A stretch of DNA of 64,000 nt from Mitosporidium daphniae (Eukaryota). Below are positions 21,166 through 31,826 of this stretch, piece by piece; positions within the stretch are counted from its first letter, which is position 1; each line of letters begins with the position of its first letter. The stretch lies in the NCBI RefSeq assembly GCF_000760515.2, contig NW_013546178.1:1-64000 (forward strand). The letters are read 5' to 3'. A program made the position numbers and the translations under genes. The notes beneath the pieces were generated by a model. The model worked only from the letters and a program-made list of their open reading frames with translations. It had not been told where the DNA came from and searched no databases.

Positions 21166-21876
21166 ATGCGATCTTCGCTCCATCCCGTTAGACTGCTTTA
21201 TACATCGTTGTCCTCCTATTTGGACCGGTCTAGCATGGAATACATGCTTGGGCTACAGAAAATGGCACCGCCAATACCATATTTGCTTGTCATGTATCCA
21301 GATCTCGGCTATAGCGATCAAAGCATTTCTGATAGATATGATAAAGCAGACTTCAGTTTAGATCTTTCAGATCTACGCCGCAGGTATCTGATTTTGCAGC
21401 AAATGTTTCATCCAGATATCGTTTCTTCAAAAGATACCTTGTCAGAGCCGGGTGCTGGCTGCTCTTTGAAGAGTGTAGAAGGTTCGGAATCACCTTTGAA
21501 TACTTCTAAGACCTTGATACGTTTGAAAAACCAGTCTCATATTATTGGAGAGGCCTATTTCAACCTTAGAGATCCTGTAAAAAGGGCCGAGCATTGGCTT
21601 TGTATGCACCAGACCTATTCGAAACACGAGGGTTGCCAATCTTGCAGTTTGTCGTGCGAAAAAATGTCGTATATCCGCCCCGAGTTCCTGGAGGAATTAA
21701 TGGCGCTGCATGAGGACATCGATGAAGGGAAGCATGATGCATATTCTGATATTGTATCAAGAAAAAAAGAAATCATAGAGACCTTGCCAGGAATCGTAGA
21801 GGCGCGCAAATGGGAGCGCCTCGCAGCCATCCTTTCAAAATATCGATATTTGAATGCATTGAGCAGTAGAATGTAG
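21166..21876 (+). CDS. JAC1: Fe-S cluster co-chaperone Jac1/HscB (J-domain)
   Basis: FSLDLSDLRRRYLILQQMFHPD, SHIIGEAYFNLRDPVKRAEHWL and PEFLEELMALHE. Confidence 0.85.
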   Translation: MRSSLHPVRLLYTSLSSYLDRSSMEYMLGLQKMAPPIPYLLVMYPDLGYSDQSISDRYDKADFSLDLSDLRRRYLILQQMFHPDIVSSKDTLSEPGAGCSLKSVEGSESPLNTSKTLIRLKNQSHIIGEAYFNLRDPVKRAEHWLCMHQTYSKHEGCQSCSLSCEKMSYIRPEFLEELMALHEDIDEGKHDAYSDIVSRKKEIIETLPGIVEARKWERLAAILSKYRYLNALSSRM

Positions 21877-21900
21877 CCTCGAGGCTATTGTTTCATGCTG

Positions 21901-21992
21901 TGTTGTATGGCATTGTATTGGATTGCATTGGATTGCATTGGATTGCATTGTATTGGATTGCATTTCATTGTATTGGATTGTATTTTATTGTA
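21901..21992. repeat. Imperfect pentanucleotide microsatellite (ATTG[T/G/C])n
   Basis: cattgtattggattgcattggattgcattggattgcattgtattggattg... Confidence 0.9.
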
Positions 21993-22209
21993 CGTAATTA
22001 CCCGACTCTATTTAATAAACCGTATGTAACCCTATGCGCTTTGTTCTATTTATAGCGTTCAAGCCATACGCTCACAATTGGTTTTTCAATTTATAATTTT
22101 CGGAGTTTGCAATTTAGCTCCATATTTTGGCCATAAACGCTATTTAGCCATCATCAAACTCTTAGGGTATACTTCTAGGACTATCCGTAAGCTTGTGGCC
22201 TTTTAATTA

Positions 22210-24121
22210 ATGCATCAGAAACCCAATTTCGCATTAAATAGCTCAAATTTTATTGGTGGCATTGATAGCCCAGCCAATCAAGCGCATGATGCACGCATTC
22301 CCGAGGCTTTTCCATCTGAGGTACCAGCGACTTCCATTTATCAGCGAAATTTTCAACGCTTGGAGCCAACTAGCATTTTGACCAGCATCGTCAGAACATT
22401 GTAAGCATCACATTTATATTGGTGATAGGAAGCTGGTCTTTCCCCTTTATTTTCTGTTTAGTCCCAGATTTGGAAAATGGTCGTCGTTTGCAAGAAACCT
22501 TGTCATCTTAATGAGCGTTTTTCAGCACTGGATATTTTATGCAGTTCTTCCAAACGACCCGACATTTGCATGTTATGGCCCGTCTTTTGGGGCTGCCATT
22601 CGCTCGACGTTATGCATCGAATGCGGATTCTGGACAGCCTCGCTTTTGTTTTATCAGATGAAATATGGCACTATTGTAAGATGGCTAAGATCTGCATGCT
22701 CGCATATTCTGTCCTCTTACTTGATGTTTGACAATCTTTTGATGAGTTGCATTTCGGAACGGCTAAAAGTTTGGTGTCTCAGCCCTGGACAGCTTCGGGC
22801 TTCTTGGGAAAAAACATCGACAGACCCGATTGTCTTGTTCTGCCACAAATTTATTAATGGAATTACTTGTATCAAAGGAATCACTACATCGCGTGTCCAT
22901 GTTAAAGAGATCAAAATCATGAATCGAACCCTGTTGCTGTTTTACAGAACCAATGTGCGTTATGAGAAGAAAAACATCATCTTTTGGATTCCCGGAGGAG
23001 GCTTCCACGCATTGGGGCCGAGCGATTTCCTCGGTGTTGGTTCATACCTGTCAAAATGCGCGCCTGTACTTATATTTGATTATCCGAAATCACCAGAAAA
23101 CCCGTACCCGGAAGCGTTGCTTTGGATATACAATGCGATCCCTTTAATCCTTGATCATTTTACGCAGCATCAAGACAAAATTTTTTTCAAAGGCGAGGAA
23201 TTCTCCAGCAAACAAGAAATGCACCAGAAACCACACGGGGCAACAGAAGATGCTAACGCCTCCGTATCGTCCCCTTGGAGGGGCGTCATTGCTGGAGATT
23301 CGGCCGGCGGAAACTTGGCGACAATTTTGGCCACAAAGATGACACATGAGCCAATCCCAGGTCTACATGTCGCTGGTCTTGCCTTGATATATCCACTCCT
23401 CTCTTTTGAAATTAGCGGATGGCTTCCGCAGGAAGACCAGGAGATGAGGGCCAAAGTGGCCCCTCATCTTGTCGGCGAATTTGCTTCTGGGGGACCCTTC
23501 GGTTCCAGATTTGCAATCCCCTCCCGGCTCCTGAATTTGAATGACAAGATCATTCGGACAGACATCTTGTGTTACTTGGCTCAAAGCTATTTGAGCACAC
23601 CGAAGGAATCCATTATTGACACCAACAAGTTTATCGTTGGTAAGGATCCTTCTTTTGAAAAGGAAATCGATCCAAGCGATCCATCTTTGACACCGCTTAG
23701 ACTGCCATCGCACATGGTGCAGGCAATCCCGAGGGTATTTATCCAAGTAGGTGAGATGGATCCCTTTTTGGACGATTCGCTAATACTTTTCCACAAGGCG
23801 ATCGGCTCAGCGCCATTCACCACGAAAATAAGGACAGACTCCGATGTCACCTTCAACAGGATACAAGGACCATCCGAAAGGGTTTCCCTTTCGCTGGTGG
23901 AAGGAGTATCCCATGGCTATTTGCTGATGCAGCTGCTGTGGAGGGGATTTGAGCCATGCATGCAGGAAATTGAGACCGCAATAGCGGCGATGTTTGAGCA
24001 AGATTTGTGTGAAGAAACTCCCGCCAATATGCGCAATAGTGGACCCGAAATTTTGCCCAAAATCATGGTCCCGGCATACTCTAACTTGGAAAGCGAACTT
24101 TTACGCAAAGAGCCCAATTAA
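22210..24121 (+). CDS. Hormone-sensitive lipase (GDXG) family alpha/beta hydrolase; intron 22401-22428
   Basis: PGGGF, DYPKSPENPYPEAL, nucleophile GDSAGGNLA, GEMDPFLDDS and HGYL. A 28-nt gtaagc...tag intron joins the 22210 exon in frame. Confidence 0.88.
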
Positions 24122-24329
24122 TTATCTTCAAATGGAACCCGATGTCATTGGCATGTACACACGGTGCGCAATTTGAATTTTCAATAAAAATTCGCTTTAA
24201 ATTTTAAGATATTCCTTGGTGTGTTGTTTACAAAATTTCGTTCTGAAATCACAAACAATTCAGCACAATCACATTGAACTACCAAACGGATGAGGCGTTT
24301 TGGTTTTCCTATAACCACCCCAGCTGATT

Positions 24330-25409
24330 ATGAACATCTCACCGAGGAGATCAGGGCGAGATATGCCGGTTGACCCTTGTGAAAGCGCCTTTACATCGTC
24401 GTCATCGTCGCTGTCATCCCCATCACTACCTGCATTATCCGCACTATCTTCGGCTTCATCAGCTTTATACGAGTTTCCTCTGTCATCCCAATCTTCGAAT
24501 CACTCTGGATCTAGGCTCAGCCCAAACTATTCCCGCTACATGCAGCAGCAGCGTGAATGGAAGGTCAGACATCCCCATGATGTTGCATCATCGTCGTCCT
24601 CGTCACTGTCGTCGTTGTCGTCAAATTTTTTCGTCTCAGATGAGCCTATTTATGAAAAAAGCTGGGCCAAAACACCCCATTCCACGTCAAGCCCGCAACT
24701 AGACGAAATGCAAAAATCACAGGATTTACTGAGCTTCTCAGAAGCCGGTCGAGGCTCTTGGAGTGCCGAGGTTCGTCCGCCTTTTAATACTTAGGAAGAT
24801 GCACTGCTCATTTCACTAGTTTCCAAATATGGTGCTCATAGATGGACACTGATTTCTCAGGGCTTTGAAGGGCGGCGACTGGGGAAGCAATGTAGGGAGC
24901 GCTGGCATAACCATTTGAATCCGCTAATCAGAAAAGAGCCATTTACCATGCTGGAAGACCTGGCAATCATAGCCATGTACGATGTCTTTGGATCTCGCTG
25001 GGCATTGATGAAGCGATTTCTTCACGGAAGAACAGATAATTCGATCAAAAACCATTGGCATAGTTCAATGGTCAAGAAGATGGCCTATTATCGAGAATCC
25101 CTTCTTTCCATCCTCTCTCTGATATATCTACGCCACAAGTCAGAACGGAACAGCCAGGTGTTGAACGCCTTGCTGAAATCGAACCACCTTAGGAAGCCAA
25201 TTATAGCTGCCAAGCTGCCTCCTGAGTGGGAGCTACTTCCGATGCAATTGAGCAGCCATCTAGCTTTGATCCAAGACGCGCTTAATGGGCGGTTGTTTGG
25301 CGATGATCAGCAACCCAGCTCCACGCACGCATCGCATGTCCCTTCTTCGATGGCTGATCTTTTGGACGCCGTAGAGGCGGTTGAAAACTATGCGCCAAAA
25401 AACTTTTAA
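24330..25409 (+). CDS. R2R3 Myb transcription factor; intron 24771-24794
   Basis: Spliced GSWSAE|EDALLISLVSKYGAHRWTLI...GKQCRERWHNHLNP...FT..ED..I...Y...GSRWA....LHGRTDNSIKNHWHS. Confidence 0.92.
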
Positions 25410-25540
25410 TACCCGTTGGTTAATTGACAATTTTGACGTTATTGCAATTTTCGACACCTAAATGATAGCTAAACTCGGACAATTGGATAATTAAATTCTG
25501 GAAAATGTCTTTACAGTCCGCAATACCACTCGCCATGCAT

Positions 25541-26405
25541 TTATTGGATGTCCATGGATGTCTCGGCACCGGTGTATCGAGAAAAAAGAGCAGCAGTCTC
25601 TGCATCGTTCAAAATGCGGAAGGGCTGTTCGACCCCAACAATAGCAAGCGACACAAGTGGCATGGTTAGGGGGCTTTCTGCCGGCATTGAAGCGGCAAGC
25701 GCTCTAATCGCATGTAGCGCAAGGTCTTCCATTGTTTCCGTGGCAAGAATTTCCTGAAGATGGCTTTCCAGGTAAGTTCGGGCAGGCTGTGATCTCGCTC
25801 CAATCGCGACGGCATGATATGGATCGGCGTCACCAGCTGGCGTCAGCTCCCACAAAGACACGCCGGATCTCTGCGATAATTAAACCTGAAATGGGGTCCT
25901 TACATCGGCTCCAGCAATTAGGAGCCCCACGCCGTTCGGCCTGCCGCCGTAAAATTGTGTCGATTTTTGTGACTCTAAAAATAAAGCATCAAATGTCCCT
26001 ACTATCGGCCAAAAGTGAACACAACTTTGCCACCGAGATAGATCTATCGTACGCATCGCGCTCCTTGGTCGCCTCTGCACGTAGAAACGAGCTTTGATGA
26101 TTATGACTTGTATAGTGCGACTTACCATATGATTCGAGCGTCAGAATTGAGACCAGAAATGCCCATACCGCAATGCTCATCAATAGCATACATCTTTTTC
26201 TGGAACCCCGCGAGCGGGCCAGGAGAGCGCTACGACCATCAATATGGGAGGTTACCTTTAATGCAGCAAGAAGGACATAGCGCTTATTGGATAGGCCTAA
26301 AGAGATCGAGCCCTGTTTAACCGCCTCTCCAGCATACTCCACTTGCAAAAGGCGGCCTTGTGGTGACCACACGGTAACATCGGTATCGTATTGCCCTCTG
26401 TACAT
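25541..26405 (-). CDS. PRE5: 20S proteasome subunit alpha-6 (alpha type-1), several short introns
   Basis: [50 protein letters not shown] and [14 protein letters not shown]. Confidence 0.93.
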
Positions 26406-26478
26406 GTTGACAAATTTGTAAATTTACACCTAAATGATTAGGGCAGGGTCCCATAATTCAAATTTTTGCGGATCAATT

Positions 26479-26484
26479 TATAAA
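26479..26484 (+). promoter_or_regulatory. TATA-like box ~25 nt upstream of U1 snRNA
   Basis: TATAAA in the ~98-bp spacer shared divergently with PRE5. Confidence 0.45.
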
Positions 26485-26503
26485 CTGCCTTTTTTTTTGT
26501 CAA

Positions 26504-26654
26504 GTACTTACCTGGTGGGAAAGCTGGCGTGATCAAGAAGGCGCCGCTTTCATCTGTCATTATGTCCATTGCACAATCGGATTCATATGGCGGGTGTGAA
26601 CGTCTTATGGCGTCTCAACCATACAATTTTTGATTGCTGGCTGCGTTTGCAGTC
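26504..26654 (+). ncRNA. U1: U1 spliceosomal snRNA
   Basis: 5' ACTTACCTGG (5' splice-site pairing), SL-I loop GATCAAGAAG (U1-70K site), SL-II loop ATTGCAC (U1A site), closing helix, Sm site AATTTTTG at 26625-26632, and terminal hairpin GATTGC/GCAGTC. Confidence 0.95.
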
Positions 26655-26988
26655 TTCATATTAATTAATTTTCCGTAAGATAGCTGTTTAATGCGTCGCT
26701 AAAGTGTCCATCATAATTTAAGGGGCGTTATGGCGACGCTGTTTGTGCTTTCCGAGGGCGTTTGTTCCGATCTGGCCGTATTGTTTAGGTGTCAGATTAA
26801 ACGGTCCGACTATATGCCTCTGGTGAGCGTTTGTCGGTTTGGAATCAGAGTGAATTAAATTGAAATTTGCAGGCAAATGAATTAGATGCTTATGTGAATA
26901 GTTTAAATCTATTTTTTGCAGCCATCAAGCTAGCTGAAGCCTCGATCGAAGCTTGAACGCTTCAAGTGGTCCATTCCTCATGACCCTG

Positions 26989-27760
26989 CTATCTGTAAGA
27001 TAAATAAGGCTTAGGGTCAAAGGAATCGATATTCAGACAGATATTTAAAATGGCTGCAGGCCATCGCGTAAAATAGGATATTACATGACATGCATTAGCC
27101 AACTGTACCATTAATTCATACATGCCGTGGTGCTGGTGCTTATCAATTACTTTGCATTTCCATGCTGAAAAATTTGGTTGCAAAACATCGCCACACAAAG
27201 TTTCCCATAAACCCGACATGTTATGGCAAAAATACCCCGATAAACAATCCAGTTTATAGACCTTTTTGCGCGGTGGTAACATTTTGCGGCACTTTTTAAT
27301 TTCGTCAATTTCTTGACTATCCTCAGCTTCTTGCATGTGGTCAACAATTTTGGGTTTCCATGCAATCCTATGCCTGATTCCACCTATGTTTAGCCGTTTG
27401 AGGCGGCCGAACGCCTCTCTAGTGGCGTCATTTCTATGACCATCTTCTTTTTCCTCTTCCTCACAATTTGAGGAAAAAGCTTCAAGAGATATGGGGAATA
27501 GAAATTTTCACACATTCATTGGGGTGGATATCTTTTGCAAACAAGCGGTTCAAGTCGACTACAGGGCCTGCTTTGCCGAAATTGAATCCCAAATAAGGGA
27601 TCGACGCAATCCATTCAATGGATTCAGGCGTGACTTACATGCCAGTTTTACAGTTACCGCTAAAATGGGGTCTTGGACAGATATTGAACTTTGGTCGGTG
27701 AAACTGGGTTGTCTTCGAGTGTAGACAAATTCCAAAAAACTGTGCACTATGTCTGCCCAT
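26989..27760 (-). other. Probable intron-fragmented hypothetical gene or pseudogene; exon structure unresolved
   Basis: Gene-sized gap with several partial minus-strand frames, including a ~170-codon frame ending at 26989. No family recognised. Confidence 0.3.
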
Positions 27761-27807
27761 ACGAAATCACAATTGACACAATAAAAATAACCTCTGGATT
27801 GTACAGT

Positions 27808-29310
27808 TTATTGAGAGGGCTTGGTGGTATCTTTTGCTTCGGAATACTTGGTGGTATCTTTTGCTTCGGAAAGCTTGGCTTTCAAGGCGTCGATTTTAGC
27901 GCGAAGCTGGGATCTTTCCTCCTCTTTATCTTTGTTTGCAGATCGGCTTGCTTCCACAATTTTTTGCTTCATTTCGGTAATGCGCTCAATGGCCTTCTTG
28001 GCATCATCGGAGGAATGGACAGCCCCAATGGCATAGACCTCCAAATCAAGCGAGACCCAATGTGGAAGCGAAATGGAGGATGTTTTCGCCGTTTTTGTGG
28101 CCGCATGTGCGGTACTGCTTGTCGCACGCAAAGATGCTGGCTTGGGATTGGCTTTTTTTCCAACAAAATAAGACTCTTCTGTCTTTTCCAAAACAACAAA
28201 CTTCTTTTCATCGATGCCTTCCACGGGGCGTGGAGCAGGAGTGGAGCCAGACGGCATCTTTTTCTCTGCCTCCTTTGAGGGTGCTATAAATGCAGACAGA
28301 ACATTTTCCAGAGCCTCTAAGCTCTCAACTTCTTTCGGGATCTTGTCAACGGAAAGCGAATGGAGTTCGATTTCAAGATCGTTTATTTCGTTCTCGATTT
28401 CTCTTCTCACAAGAAGTGCCTGGTATTTTTCCTGGCGCTCGGAAGCCCATTCCTTATGGGCCTCCTTTGCCAAAGAAAAGGCTTCATATGCACTGGATCT
28501 TTCCTTGAACTTTTTGTCGATTTGGGAACGAATCTCCTCAAGATTTTTACGCATAGATTGAATGGCGTTGGTGGAGCTGCTATTCCGGGTTAGAAGTTGC
28601 GTGTATTTTTCGTTTTCTTCTTTGATGTGCGCCTTCAACGCTTTCAATTCAGGATCTAGCTTCTTCATTGAAGAGCGGATCGATTCAACTTGCGCATCAA
28701 TTTGATCTTTTCCAGCGACGAGCGAAGAGATTGCATCAAAAGAGCGTCGCGCTTTGTGCAGCTTGGAGATTTCTGCGACAAGTTTTTTTTCTTCAGAAAG
28801 AGACACGCCAGACTCGATGCTTCGATTGAGATCGGCTATCTTTTGATCGATGTCTTCGCGTCTTTTGCAGGGGAGTTTTTCGCGAGCAACATCCAACTCT
28901 GCACCGCGAGAGCGGGCGATTTCCAAGGCTTCATCCAAACGCTTGGAAAGCACATTGCGCTCTTCCATCAGCTGATCCTTCTGCTTTCTCATCTTCTGAA
29001 GAGCTGTAAAGATAGCTTCTCTTTCGGCTTTTCCTTCTTCACCGGATACGAGGAGCTTGATTTTTTCAGAAAGCTCCACAGATTTTGCCTTAAGGGAATC
29101 AATTTCCTTCGACAGTGTGTCCATTGTCTGCTCATAGACCTTCCGCTTGTTCTCATAAACAGAGTCCTTTGTGGGAACGCGAGCACTTCCAGCGCCATTG
29201 GATTGTCTTTGTCGTGTTGAAGAAGACGAGGGAGCTGAGGGATTTCCGGCTTTGCCAGCTGGGATGGCTGAGGTGATCGATGGAGGTGCTACAACTTTGC
29301 CTGAAGACAT
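27808..29310 (-). CDS. BFR1: Bfr1-like coiled-coil protein
   Basis: Long coiled coil with EDIDQKIADLNRSIESGVSLSEEKKLVAEISKL and EESYFVGKK motifs. It also has a C-terminal 27-bp duplication (SEAKDTTK x2). Confidence 0.72.
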   Translation of the reverse strand: MSSGKVVAPPSITSAIPAGKAGNPSAPSSSSTRQRQSNGAGSARVPTKDSVYENKRKVYEQTMDTLSKEIDSLKAKSVELSEKIKLLVSGEEGKAEREAIFTALQKMRKQKDQLMEERNVLSKRLDEALEIARSRGAELDVAREKLPCKRREDIDQKIADLNRSIESGVSLSEEKKLVAEISKLHKARRSFDAISSLVAGKDQIDAQVESIRSSMKKLDPELKALKAHIKEENEKYTQLLTRNSSSTNAIQSMRKNLEEIRSQIDKKFKERSSAYEAFSLAKEAHKEWASERQEKYQALLVRREIENEINDLEIELHSLSVDKIPKEVESLEALENVLSAFIAPSKEAEKKMPSGSTPAPRPVEGIDEKKFVVLEKTEESYFVGKKANPKPASLRATSSTAHAATKTAKTSSISLPHWVSLDLEVYAIGAVHSSDDAKKAIERITEMKQKIVEASRSANKDKEEERSQLRAKIDALKAKLSEAKDTTKYSEAKDTTKPSQ

Positions 29311-29563
29311 TAGATATCAGATGTGAAAAATGCAATGCAAAATGTAACAATTTTTAAAATTAAACTTTTTAAATTTAAGCATTTTGGAACAGAAGCCATC
29401 ATGCCAAATGTACAAATTACAATTTCTACGTTGGTGTACGCTCCCGTGCTAATGATTTTGCAGGTGTTAAATTTAATTATGACGACGACAATGACGACAA
29501 GGAAGATCCCGATCAAGGGATATCAACAAATTATGGAGACCGCTCAGGTAAAAATGGCGACCG

Positions 29564-30309
29564 CTAACCAATCCAACCAAGATAGTCCTCCTTGATGGTA
29601 CCAATGGCAAACTACAGCATGTCATCAACGATATTGTACTATTTCGGTGGCATCCAGCTTCAGGCCGACGATTTTGAGGCGGATCAGGTCTTCTGGTGAA
29701 ATTCGCTGGCTTTGGTCTTCCGAGATAAAACAAGCTGGAAGCGAATTGGCGTCAAACGATAAATCTGGCGGGATTAGCTATTGAAATGCTGAGACCGATC
29801 ATCAACTTACATGTGCAGAGACAAAGATTTGCAGCGGGCCTGTCTCTGCAAAAAATCCCATCTAAGCACAGTTAAATAGGGTCAAAAAGAGCCGCAATGT
29901 AGGAAATCACAAAGTGCACAGCAATGGGGTACCTTTGTCACGGAGGCAACAATGGCATCCACTACCTCACCCTTGAATGGTTTAAGTACAATCGCCCTGT
30001 AGGAAATATCAAAATCGGCATGTCCAAAGGTGGGTACCAACACGCCTCTGCTTATCGATGTGATGGACAGCACAGCAACGATGTATCCTAATGGTGAGGG
30101 GCTTGGAAGATGGTATGGATTGATGACACAGTTTGGATGCTAATGATACTCACCTAGCCTTCCGTGACACGTGCCCTCCACCTCGGTACGCAGGCGGCGC
30201 TGTACTTCTTCCATCAAACCAGGCCCAAAGAACTCGGGCGATATGCTTACCCGATGGGTAAGTTCCATCTGTTGCATTAGGCGATGGAGGGAAGAACCTG
30301 GAAGAACAT
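29564..30309 (-). CDS. RPB7: RNA polymerase II subunit Rpb7; 5 introns
   Basis: Spliced MFFQ|MELTHRVSISPEFFGP...EVEGTCHG...KPFKGEVVDAIV...GFFAETGPLQIFVSAH|LIP...RLKIVGLKLDATEI|FAIGTIKEDYLGWIG*. Confidence 0.93.
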
Positions 30310-30383
30310 AAACTAATTTTTAAAAACTTTCGTTCAAAATATTTACATTTACAAATAATAGCTCCCAAGGGTTGCGCTTACTT

Positions 30384-30749
30384 ATGAAAATCCTGATCGG
30401 TACGTTTCTGCTTCAGCTCATCTTTGCCATTGTGATGTGTCCGCAAAAAAGCAGGGCCAATTCTGAATCTTCTTTTGGAATTCATAACGCGGACGATTCT
30501 GCCTCTGAGGATGAAAAGTTTTGGAATCTTGATCTGAATTCTGACGGCATCATTGATGCCATGGAAATGCTGACTATCATCTCTTGGAACCAACCACTTG
30601 AGTCCGATGCCAAAAAGATAAGTAAGATGGAGGACATTCTTAGACGAGCCGACCGTAACAAAGATAATGCCATCTCTTTCCTTGAATTCGAGGAAGCCCC
30701 TTCACAAGTGCGAGAAGAGATTCTCGCTTTCGGTCGAACTCTACATTGA
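30384..30749 (+). CDS. Secreted two-EF-hand protein (MCFD2/Ssp120-like)
   Basis: Signal peptide MKILIGTFLLQLIFAIVMC and EF loops DLNSDGIIDAMEM and DRNKDNAISFLEF. Confidence 0.75.
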   Translation: MKILIGTFLLQLIFAIVMCPQKSRANSESSFGIHNADDSASEDEKFWNLDLNSDGIIDAMEMLTIISWNQPLESDAKKISKMEDILRRADRNKDNAISFLEFEEAPSQVREEILAFGRTLH

Positions 30750-30975
30750 AATACAGCCAATAAATGCACAAATTAGTAAGATTTACTAGGCTTCTTATCA
30801 CTGCGTACACTTTTTTTTGGTGCATGCAGGCATCGCAACGTAAAAGCCCTGAAAACCGGTACAAGCTCGGTGACTTTGATTCAAAGGGACATTTTCTTTG
30901 ATGGTTGAAATCTCACAAATGAGCAAATAATTCAAGGTGCTTTCAAGGTGCTTTCAAGGTGTCTATTCAAGGTAT

Positions 30976-31681
30976 TTATTCAAGATTGCCTGGAGCTGAG
31001 CTTTCAAAGAGTCCTGCAGAAACAACTCGCTTCATCATTTCGCTGCCTGCAATGGCCTCTACTAACGCCAGGGCAAATGGAATCGCTGTGCCCGGTCCGC
31101 GGCTAAGTAATTTAAAAAAAGGCATACCTTGTAATCAATTGGGAGCGCGATCCCGAGCGAACGACCGGAACGTCGTCTCTCCAGGTGTAGACCCCAGAAA
31201 GATCGTCCTTGAATGAAGGATATGCGGTGAGCTGAATATCCTTTCCAACTATTCCAGCCTCCTTCAAAGCCATTGGGGCGGCACATATTGCCCCAAGGAT
31301 GCTTTCTTTCGAATCATAAACCTTCTTGATGAGCTCAAGGGCCAACGCAGAACTGCAAATCTCTTGTACTCCCCCCATTCCCCCGGGAAGCACAACGGCA
31401 ATCTTTTCAGTTTCAAGGATAATGGTTTCCCCAAATGCCATGCTCTTTTTCAAGACAAAGTGCCCATCCACCATTTCAAGAGTTGCATCTGGAACCAAGT
31501 GGAGCTTATTGGAACCCACAACATGGCTAAGAAGTCGACCAGTCTCCGCATTGAGGGTACGATTCGGACTATTAATAATGGTGACAACCGTGGTAGAAAT
31601 GTTTGCCCGTCGTAGGATGTCTATCACAGTGACCGCCTCAAGCTCTTCAAACCCGTCCATAACAAGCACCAGTGCTATCAT
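30976..31681 (-). CDS. DJ-1/YajL (PfpI) family glyoxalase/deglycase; one short intron near 31103-31127
   Basis: GFEELEAVTVIDILRRA, VLPGGMGG, nucleophile AICAAP and spliced ITS|RGPGTAIPFALALVE. Confidence 0.9.
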
Positions 31682-31826
31682 TATCACGAAATGTAAAATT
31701 AGCCAAGCTGCTCCTGCAAATTAAAATGTAAACGCTTGATGGACTTGGGGTTTGTACACACCAATTTCAGCGTCCTAAATTTATTGCAACGGTTGGCTAA
31801 ATTGCAGTTGTGGATGCAGCCCACGA

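Noticed and set aside
29323..29595. Small plus-strand ORF or acidic peptide between BFR1 and RPB7
   Set aside because: No consistent ATG-to-stop or splice model, and it overlaps the RPB7 3' end antisense.
30931..30973. 11-bp repeat TTTCAAGGTGC, about four copies, in the DJ-1 3' flank
   Set aside because: An ordinary slippage repeat with no further structure.
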